NCBI RefSeq assembly: GCF_009914755.1
Contig: NC_060940.1
Direction: 5' to 3' (one strand)
Source of the DNA: the human T2T-CHM13v2.0 reference genome, Homo sapiens
DNA length: 64,000 nt
Part shown: in pieces, positions 53,793 to 64,000 of the stretch
Position numbering within the stretch: position 1 is the stretch's first letter
Layout of the letters: each line of letters begins with the position of its first letter
Program-made: the position numbers and the translations under genes
The notes under the pieces: model-generated
Seen by the model: only the letters and a program-made list of their open reading frames with translations
Told to the model about the DNA's origin: nothing
The model's database searches: none

Positions 53793-54155
53793 TGATATGG
53801 TTTTGCTGTGTCCTCGCCCAAATCTCATCTTGAATTGTAGTTTCCATAATCCCCACATGTCATGGGAGGGACCCAGTGGGAGGTAATTCAATCATGAAAG
53901 CGGGTTTGTCCCATGCTGTTCTTGTGATAGTGAATAAGTCTCATGAGATCTGATGGTTTTATAAAGAGCAGTTCTCCTTCACACAGGCTCTTGCCTGCTG
54001 CCATGTAAGATGTGCCTTTGCTCCTCCTTCACCTTCTGCCATGATTGTGAGGCCTCCCCAGTCATGTGGAATTGTGAATCCATTAAACCTCTTTTTCTTT
54101 ATAAATTACCCTGTCTTAAGTATTTCTTCGTAGCATATGAAAATGGACTAACACA
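53793..54155 (+). mobile_element. THE1 (D-like) solo LTR
   Basis: tgatatggttttgctgtgtcc...caaatctcatcttgaattgtag...aaatggactaacaca. Confidence 0.9.
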
Positions 54156-54774
54156 CAAGGGAATGCACTTTTCTGGCCTCTGAATTAGCAAAGGGAAAGA
54201 CGGTGTAAAACCCAAGAGTTTACAGTCCTGAGGAATGCACTTTGCATATGAGTGAGAGTCCAGTTCATCTAAAGCATTCCATTTTTGAATGGAGCTATCA
54301 GTTCCTGGGCTTAAAACTTAAGTTCTGATTTACGTCTCTGTATGTGTTTGTGTGTTTTGTATGTGGTTTTTGGTGAAAATAATTTCTTACAGGCTTGGAA
54401 TAATGAGCTCCCTGAATGTGCAAGCTTTGGAAATAGTAATCTACCTGTGCTAGGTAAACTGTGTCTGAAATGTTACCTGTTGAGACAAAAATATTCCTGG
54501 GAGGTGTGATTGGATGTGTTCTGTGTGTGCAAGGGGTGGTGTGTGTGTGTGAGTGTGTGTGTGTGTCTGTGTATGTGTGTATGTGGGGGGGGGGGGCAGT
54601 GAGGAAGAGAGAGGGAGAGACCTTAGCCCAAAGGAGTGTTTCCTGAATTGTATTCATTTGTTCACTGCCTTTAAGATTTTTGCTATATTCAACTACCATC
54701 TGTACTTACTTTCTTACAGGGATACATTTTCATGTTTTCTTTAAATTGACCCATTTTTTGTAAACGTAGCTTCA

Positions 54775-56290
54775 ACCTGAAAAGACTATCCAACAAGCCA
54801 CAGACTTGGAGGCAATAATTGAAAACACACATCTAAGAAAGGTCTGGTATCTAAAATATATACAAAGAACTCTTAAAATCCAGTTATAAGAAAACAAAGA
54901 ACCCAAATTAAAAATAGGAAAAATACCTGAACAGACACCTCACCAAAGATATACAGATGGCAAATTAGCATATGAAAAGATACTCAACATCATATATCAT
55001 TGGAGAATTGCAAATTACAATAACAGTGAGATACCACGTCACACCTATTAGAATGGCTATAATCCAAAACATGGACAATGCCAAATGCCGAAGAGAATTT
55101 GGAGCAACAGGAACTCTCATTTACTGCTGGTGGGAGTGCAAAATGGTACAGCCACTTTGCAAGACAGTTTGACACTTTCTTACAAAACTAACATACTCTT
55201 ACCATATGATTCAGCAATCTCACTCCTTGGTATTTACCCACGTGAGTTGAAAAGTTATGTCCAAACAAAAACCTGCATATAAATGTTTATAGCAGCTTTA
55301 TTCATAACTGCCAAAACTTGGTGCTATGATATAAATGTTTTTTATCCCCGAAATTTCATATGTTGAAATCCTAGTTCCCCAAAGTGAAAGGGGTGGAGCT
55401 TTGGGGAGGTGACTAGATCATGAGGGCGGAGCCCTCATGAGTGGGATTAGTGCTCTTATAGAAAGGCCCAAGGGAGCTTGTTTGTCCCTTACACCAAGTG
55501 AGGATGCAGCCAGAAGGTGCTGTCTTTGAGGAATGGGCACTTATCAGACACTGAAGCCAGTGCTTTGATCTTGCACCTCCCAGTCTCTACAACTGTGGGA
55601 AATCAATATTTGTTGCTTATAAGCCACCCAGTTTATGGTATTTTTGTTATAGCAGCCAAAGCAGACTAAGATACTTGGAACAAACCAAGATGTCCCCTTC
55701 AGTAATAGGTGAATGCATGCCTATGGTACACCCAGACAATGGAATATTATCCAGCAATAAAAGAAATGAGCTAACAAGCTGTGAAAAGACATGGAGGAAT
55801 CATAAATGCATATTGATAGGTGAAAGAAGCCAATCTGAAAAAGGTATGTCTAGTATGATTCCGGCTATAGCACATTCTGGAAAAGGCAAAACTATGGGGG
55901 CAGGTAAAAGATTAGTGGTTGCTGGGCGTGGGTGGATGGAGGGATGAGTAGGTGGAGCACAGAGGATGTTTCGGGCAGTGAAACTGCTCTATATAATACT
56001 GTAATGGTAGATACATGTCGTCAACATTTGTCAAAATTCTTAGAATGTACAACACCAAGAGCGAACCGAGATGTAAACTATTCACTTTAGTTAATACGAA
56101 TGTGTCCATATTGGCTCATTGATTATAACGATTACTACTACACTAACAATTAGTACTACACTAATGCAAAATATAAATAATAGGGGAAACTATGAGGGGA
56201 AGCAGAAGAGGATATATGGGAATTCTTTGTTCTTTCCAGTTTTTCTGTAAAATAAAATTGCTCGGAAAAAAAAATCTGTTATTAAAAAAG
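54775..56290 (+). mobile_element. L1M (MB/MC-type) 3' portion
   Basis: ORF2 C-terminal remnant (MKRYSTS...RYHVTPIRMA...CWWECKMVQPL) plus 3'UTR. Confidence 0.85.
55322..55673 (+). mobile_element. MST (C/D-like) MaLR LTR nested in L1
   Basis: tgctatg...gactaagata; TSD cttgg at 55317-55321 and 55674-55678. Confidence 0.88.
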
Positions 56291-58439
56291 AATATCATAT
56301 CCAAGGAATCACATGGTTGATGTTCTCCTAGTTATATGTTTTCCTGCATATGAATACATATACAACTGTTAGAAGAAATACAAAGTAATGAAAATGTGCC
56401 ACCCAAAATCATCTTACCAGTAGAACTTGAACCACATACTTTAAAAAACCACAGTTCCATCCCTATTTTTTAAAAGTAGTGGTCCCTTCCTCATCTCCCT
56501 GCTTCCCCTAAATAAAATCTCAGCAGACAGACAGGCTAGAGCAGAGCTGCTTGGGCTAAGATGGGGAGAGGCGGCCTGGCGTTCTGCAGCCCCCTCTCTT
56601 TCCACCTTATTTTCCATGACCCCCTCCCTTTAACCCTGACAACACCACAGAACCCTGCTGCTATCAGGAACACAGCTGAGAAACCACTGGTCTAAAGGTC
56701 AGCATATTTGGTAGAGCACAGGATGCCCTGATTCCCATCCAAAGACCCCTGGCAACTGTAGGGAATCCTCTAAGCTCCCCTCTGCCTTGGTTGTCTCCTG
56801 TAACTGGAGCCCCCCTGGATCTATCTTGCAAAGGTGTGATGAAGACAGAGACTAAGACAGATCCATGTGTCCTTGGAAGAGTCTTGGAACACAGTTATTC
56901 CAGGCTGAAAGGATGCAAGTTTAACCCTTTAATACATACTGCTTGCTGATGGGAGTAGCAATTGGTGTGACCACTGCAGAGAGCAATTTGGCACTATGGG
57001 GTCAAATTGAAGAAGGAACTGACCCTTTGACCTGCCAATGCCACTTGCAAGTACATGTCCAAGTGTGAGTTCAGAAGCTCTTAAACATGTTCATGAGGAA
57101 TATGGTCAAAGGCTGTTATTGCAGTAGCATTTGTAAATGTGAAAAACTGGAAACAACCTGAATGTCTATCAGGAGGAGAATGGATAATGGCATTATTGTA
57201 GACTCACACAGTGGTATGCTAGACAGCTGTTAAAATAAACTAGATGTGTGTCAGCATGGAAGGATCTTGAAACATAATGTTGGTTGAAAAAAATCAAGTT
57301 CCAAAATGATATGTATGACATGATTCTGTCCTTATCAATACTAAATATACTAAATAAACTGAATATAGTTTATAGATATATATATAGGTAATAGATTATA
57401 AAGACATTAGAAAAATATGTATTCATGATAATAGGCAGGGAAGGGGTTCTGGGGAGGAGGAACACAAATTGGGTGGCTTTACACACACATACATACACAC
57501 CCAAGCACACTCTTACACAAATCTGATAAAATTCTAACTTTTCTCAACTTTGGTAAATACATATTTATTTAAACATAGTTGTTTTTACTTCCTACATTTA
57601 AATTAAGACATTATTTTCATTTGGCTACAATCTATCAAACAGTTCTGTAGCTCTTACTAGGTATCAGATTTTACAACCTTCCTAATAACCCCAGGAGGTA
57701 CTGTTTTAGAAGGGAGGAAACTGAGGCACAGAGAGGCTAAGCCACTCATCCAAGGTAAAACAGCTGGTAAGAGCAGAGCCGGGCATCAGACCCAGGTAGC
57801 CTGACACACAGTCCATCTTCTCAAGCACGTGCCACAAGGTATCCGTGGCTTGTAATCTCTCACTTGGGTTCCTTACATGTACCCTGTGGCCCCTCTTACA
57901 CTACCCATTGTCTACTTTGTATTAAGCGTTGTAGGAGCTAAGTTCACTTCTCCCTCTTCGTACTCCTCCAGCTCTAGCCTGGCTCCTGGGCCATAGTAAG
58001 TCAATAGCAACTGCTGTTGAACAACGGAATGGATGCATGCATGAGTGGCTTCAGGTTCCTGGAAGCTGCTCTGTGCCAGTATCATGCTCAGGGTCATCAT
58101 CTCTGAGTCATCTGCTGCCATCTGATGTTACCCAGGATGTTGGCACTAGGTATATGGAAAATCAGCCCAACTGGTAGAAAAAAAACTCAAATAATGTGGG
58201 ATGTTTATTTCAGAAGCACTACCTTTCTCCCTCTACACTGGAGTAGTTGGTCAGGGAAAATGGTAATTTATATTTTAGAAAATATCCAGGCCTCCTTGCA
58301 AATCCATTTTCTTTCTCCCACTAATTCACAGTGAACTTCTGGTTTCAATTTAAATGACAATTCTGAGCAACCTTCTCTTGCCACTTTGCCCCTTCCCTGC
58401 TGCTATTCTGCCTCGTATTACCCCTTTTCCATACAGGAA

Positions 58440-58732
<293 letters not shown>

Positions 58733-60052
58733 ATATTAAACGTATCACAACTTATAATCATGTATTTATCGGTGAATTCACTCTTTCTAATGTCTGTCTG
58801 TTGGAGAGTCAACTCCAAGAGTCCAATCAAGCATCATGCATGTTTGGCTCATAATTTATTGCCAGTGCCTGGCACAGAGTAAGTGTTCATTTATCACCAT
58901 GGAATGAATCTTGCTGCTTAATGCAGTGGCTTGACTGAAAGACATTCTACAGAGGCTTCCTTCTTTTATTTAACAGCAAGACTCCTTTTATTAAATGAAA
59001 TGGTCCAGACTCCCTTATATAAACCAACACATGGCTCCGGTTACACTGGGGAGGACGTGTGATTGGGGAGGATCTGCTTGGCCTGACTTCTCCCTGCTTT
59101 TCCCAAGAAGCTTCCAGAGGCATCTCCCAGCCCACCCCTTGGCAAACTTTTCTGAGCCCTGATCTTGAGAAAACCAGAAGGGTCTTTTCACCCAGGAAGC
59201 CCTTCTTTGTGGGTTGAAAGACTGATGGTGTGTGCTCTCCTCCCAGGTCCCTGATTCAGCCTTGTAGGGCACTTGTCTAATGAAACCATAAATTCTCCCC
59301 TAAATGAGCATTCTGATTTGGTTTGCTCTTCATATGACCTTTTCCTGGGGAAAATGTGAAGCTTTCCCTGAGTTATGGCAAAGACTCCAGTGGGTGGCTG
59401 TGTTTGTCCTGCCTCTGCCATCTGATAGTCTAATTCATTTCCAATTTATGAGCTTGTTAGTTCCCCAGCCAGTTCCCACCTTGGTGCTGCTGACCCGGTG
59501 GCAGTATTTGCCTGTGTCATCTTGCTCAGACAAACACAGACGTTTCCGCTGAGGAGGCAGTCCCAGCTCTGTCATCTCTTTGACTGACCCTGGCTGACTC
59601 CGTTGAAAGCATCGAAATCATAGAGCAGGCTCCCTTCCCATAGTCAGTGAACCTCTCCGTGTCGGCTTCAGCATGGCTCAGAAGCCGAGTTTCCCTGTGT
59701 TTACTAAATGCTTCCCTGCCAAAAAGACTTGGAATAACGTCTGCCTTTCAAAGTGATGGGGCTGCTGCCTACACTCGGTCCCTTCTTCCTGCTGGGATTT
59801 TGGACTTCCCTAAGTTCTCCATCTGGAATGCTCACTGGCAGATTCTGTGGCAGGATAGGGGCAATCCCCTTGCTTTGAATCTGACTCTGGGAGTGGCAAG
59901 AAGTGGAATTGGAGGTGCTTTCTATGTGCCTCTATTGTCTGGCCTCTGCAACGGGCACAATAAAGTACCCCATAGAATTCTGGGAGGGTTAAATAAGGTG
60001 CATACACCAAAGGATTTAGGAGTAGGGTATTGTGAGGACTTTACGTACCTTT

Positions 60053-60315
60053 ATATTTTATTTTTATTTTTTTGAAAGAGGATCTGTCTCCCAGGCTGGA
60101 ATGCAGTGGCTTGATCATGACTCACTGCAGCCTCGAACTTTTGGGCTGAAGCAATCCTGCCTCACTTTTTACCACCACGCCTGGCTATTTTAAAAATAAA
60201 TTTTTGTAGAGATGGAGTTTTGCCCAGGCTGGCCTTGAACTCCTGGCCTCAAGCGATCCTCCTGCCTCGACCTCCCAAAGTGCCGGAATTGTAGGCATGA
60301 GCCACCGTGCCCAGA
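60053..60315 (-). mobile_element. AluJ with deletions
   Basis: J motifs; imperfect TSD cttta(c/a)gtac(c/t)ttt. Confidence 0.85.
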
Positions 60316-60397
60316 CTTTAAGTACTTTTTAAGCGATTCAGTCTATGTTTATCTCTATCTATGTCTACATGTACATCTATCCCTATATTTAAATCTA

Positions 60398-61170
60398 TAT
60401 TAGTTTGCTTTGGCTACCGAAACAAATTACCATAAAGTCGGTGGCTTAAAGCAGCAGAAATTTATTCTTTTCACAGTGCTGGAGGCCAGAAGTCTGAAAG
60501 CAGGTGTCAGTAGGGCTGCATTCCATCTGGAGGCTTGAGGGGAGAATCTTTCCTTGCTGCTTCCACTTCTGATGGCTATTGGTGTTCCTAGTCTTCCTTG
60601 GCTAGTGGCCACATCATTCTAATTTCTGCCTCTGTCTGCACATACCCTCTTCTTCTGTGTGTCTCTCCTCTGTGTCTCTTATGAGGACACTTGTCATTGG
60701 ATTTAGAGTCTGCCCAGATAATCCAGGATGATCTCCTCACCTTAAGATTCTTAGCTCAATTAAATCTGCAAAGATGGCTAGGTGTGGTGACTCACGCCTG
60801 TAAGCCCTGCACTTTGGAAGGCCAAGGTGGGTGGATTATGAGGTCAGAAGATCAAGACCATCCTGGCCAACATGGGGAAATCCTGCCTCTACTTCAAATA
60901 CAAAAATTAGCTGGGAGTGGTGGCGTGCGCCTGTAGTCCTAGCTACTCAGTCCTAGCTACTTCAGGAGGCTGAAGCAAGAGAATAGCTTGAAACTGGGAG
61001 GTGGAGGTTGCAGTGAGCCGAGATCACACCATTGCACTCCAGCTTGGGCAACAGAGCAAGACTCCATCTCAAGAAAAAAAAAAAATCTGCAAAGATCTCT
61101 TTTCCAAATAAGGTGACATTCATTCACATGTTCCAGGGATTTGATGTGCACATGTATATAAATTGGCCAC
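60398..61170 (-). mobile_element. MLT1C/D-like LTR containing an Alu
   Basis: tattagtttgc...aaattacc...ggcttaaagcagcagaaatttattc...ttttccaaataaggtgacattc. Confidence 0.8.
60776..61082 (+). mobile_element. AluSc-like
   Basis: TSD aaatctgcaaagat at 60762-60775 and 61083-61096; internal 14-bp duplication gtcctagctactca. Confidence 0.92.
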
Positions 61171-61287
61171 AACCGTGTCTCTGCTATCCATCTATACCTA
61201 TATATTGATGGAAAAGCAAAAATATTAAGATGCTAACCATTTCTGAATCTAAGTTTTCCATGTGTGTGTGTATATATATACAGACAT

Positions 61288-61530
61288 TTGTTCTGCCTTT
61301 GCTTATCTGTATTCTCAAGTTCTTCTATAATAAATGTGGTGTTCTTAAATAACCAGACCACTTTAAAGATAATGATGTGAAGCTGTCAGGGCTTTGTGAG
61401 AAGCGTGAAGATAGTTCCTGCTTTTCACAGCTCCCCAACCAAGAGCCACACACCCTCAAAGATGCTCCAGAGACTCTAAAAGGCTGTAGCTTGTGTCCCA
61501 AGGAATAATTGCTTTTATTACAGCTGTGTA
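61288..61530 (+). repeat. Left arm of a ~245-bp inverted repeat
   Basis: Reverse complement of 63485-63730, ~86% identity. Confidence 0.92.
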
Positions 61531-61542
61531 ATAAGGAATTGT

Positions 61543-61880
61543 GCACCCACACAACTCCTTATCCAAAAATCCTGGGAATCAAATATGCTTTTGAATTCAG
61601 ATGTTTCTAGATTTTAGAAAAACATTCAGGCGCATGTACTATTTATTACATCACACACTTAGTGGGGGTCTGGGTGGCATCCCATAATCAAACATATTAT
61701 GTCTGCTATGATATGTTTGGATATTTATACTAAGTGGAGTAAATAAAAATCTAAATAATTCCACACTTAATTTGGTCAGATTTTGCCACCCAATGAGTTT
61801 TAGCACCAAACATATGAAAAACATCTGGATTTCAGAGATCTGTGGATTTTAGAATTATTGAGAAGAAAGCGAAGGCTGTA
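61543..61880. mobile_element. MER96B-like DNA transposon
   Basis: cacaactccttatcc...gaattcagatgtttctagattttagaaa...cataatcaaaca. Confidence 0.6.
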
Positions 61881-62236
61881 CTAGTCTTACTGCTTTTTTT
61901 ATATGTTTGAAAATCTTCATAATAAAACATTTAAAAATGAGGTTGTGCTTAGTGTCATGTCTGGCACTGAATAAGATCTCAAAAAAATGTGTAACCATTA
62001 ACATTAACTTTGTAATCATTAACTTATTGACAGTGTTGTAAGTCAGACAGGGATTACTGAAGATTTTGACACAGAGGAATGACATGGTCAGGACAAGAAG
62101 AATCTAGAAGGATCCCTATAGCTGTGGCACCCAAGATGGCTTGCATGGTGCAAGCAGTGAAGAGAGGTGGTTAGGAGGCTCTGGGACTCACCCAGGCATA
62201 GGGTGATAAGATCCTGAGTAGAAGAGGAGAAGAAAG

Positions 62237-62546
<310 letters not shown>

Positions 62547-63484
62547 GAGGAAAGAGTGAATGAACCTGGAAGAACTTGGTGAGTGTTCTAGGAGAACAGG
62601 ATGGATTCTTGTCACCCCAATATGCTTCTGAATGACAGCAAGAGAGACATACTGAATGTTTGGTGCATTTAGGAAGGAAAATACATGAGTCAATTCAGGA
62701 ACAAGTCAGTTGGAAATTTCATCGGCCTCCTAATCTGGATAGTGGCCTTTGTAAGAGCAGCACTTTTAGTTGTAAGGGTTGATTTGGGGCGGTGGGCTTG
62801 GTAATGAGGACCACCTGAGCATGAAGCATAGTAGCCTAGTGGGGCCCCTCTGTAGAGGCAGTTTTATCCCAGGTTACTGATTTCAAAGCTGCAGATGCTG
62901 TGCAGATCACAGGGGCTAAGGTAGGGTTTCTCAGCCCTGATTGTGCATTGAATCACTTGGAGAAAGAGCTTAAAACACTCTCCACTGTAGATCAAATAGA
63001 ATAGAATCTCTGGGCCTAAGACCCTGGCATTATGTTTGAGAAGCTCTTCCAGATGATTCTAAGATGCAGCAAGATGGAGACTGCTAAGTTTAGGGTTCAG
63101 AAGGGGCAGGGGAAATGACAAAAAATGCAGTCACCCTGAGCTCTCCCTATTAATATGCAAAGGGGAAGGGTCTGGGAAATGATTTGAGTAGTGACAGAGA
63201 GGGAGGAAGAGAAGAATAACCCAAATTGGGTGAAAACGTAAAAAACCAGGAGATTAAAAAAAAAAAAAAAAAAGCAAAAAAGCAACACTAGAGATGAACT
63301 GCGTAGTAAGCGTGATGGACTATCCCAAAGCCATCACCATCACCATCGCCTAAGGGGCGATGGAAGACAGAGCACAGGAAAAGATCAAAACAAAGCAAGA
63401 TAGTCCATGGAGGAATTGCAACATTTCCTCACTAAACATTGAGCGTGGGGTTAAGAGGTTAGAAATACAGCAAAGGGAGGAAAA

Positions 63485-63730
63485 TGCACAGCCCTAATAG
63501 AGCAGTTATTCCTTAGGATCCACACTGCAGCCTTTTACAAAGTCCCTGGAGCATTTTTGAGGGTGTGTGGCTCTTGGGTGGGGAGCTGTGAAAAGCAAGA
63601 TCTATCTTCACACTTCACATGAAGCTTTGGCAGCTTCACATCACTATCTTTAAAGTGGTCTGGGTTATTTAAGAACACCATATTTATTATAGAAGAACTT
63701 GAGAAAGGCAGATGAGCAAAAGCAGAACAA
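63485..63730 (-). repeat. Right arm of the ~245-bp inverted repeat
   Basis: Reverse complement of 61288-61530. Confidence 0.92.
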
Positions 63731-63844
63731 GACCAAAGCTAAATTCAACAGTCCTATGTAAAACCACCACCAAAGCCAGATCTATTTCTTTCCCATTGTC
63801 TTGTCTATTTCTTTCCCATTATCTTTCCTCTGCTCTGAGTGTAC

Positions 63845-64000
63845 TTTTTCTTTTTTCTTTTCTTCTTTTTTTTTTGAGGTGGGTTTGCTTTGTCACCCAG
63901 GCTGGAGTGCAGTGGTGCAATCAGGGCTAGCCACAGCCTTGACCTCCTAGGCTCAAGCAATCCTCCCACCTCAGCCTCCCAAGTAGCTGGGACTACAGGA
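63845..64000 (-). mobile_element. AluJ cut by the window edge
   Basis: T-rich tail followed by gtcacccaggctggagtgcagtgg. Confidence 0.85.

Overview
Non-coding primate (human-like) genomic DNA, dense in interspersed repeats: about 30 Alus (J/S/Y), MIR/L2 remnants, L1 3' ends, one long decayed L1MA-type element (~39.1-46.6 kb, minus strand), several MaLR/ERVL/ERV1 solo LTRs and MER5/MER20/Charlie/MER96-type DNA transposons. I find no credible protein-coding exon, structural RNA gene or CpG island. The ORF track is explained by Alu, L1 and microsatellite read-through. The most unusual signal is a cluster of short locally templated duplications (35-340 bp, direct and inverted), each copied from a donor 0.2-3 kb away and spanning very different ages (~75% to ~98.5% identity). 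They include a near-perfect 342-bp inverted repeat (8425-8766 / 9526-9867), a two-piece insertion at 36758-36959 and a four-piece patchwork at 52954-53143. These look like fossil template-switch or microhomology-mediated repair scars rather than a new gene system. All alignments and identities were done by eye and are approximate, repeat subfamily names are from recall of consensus sequences, and I could not determine the chromosomal locus.
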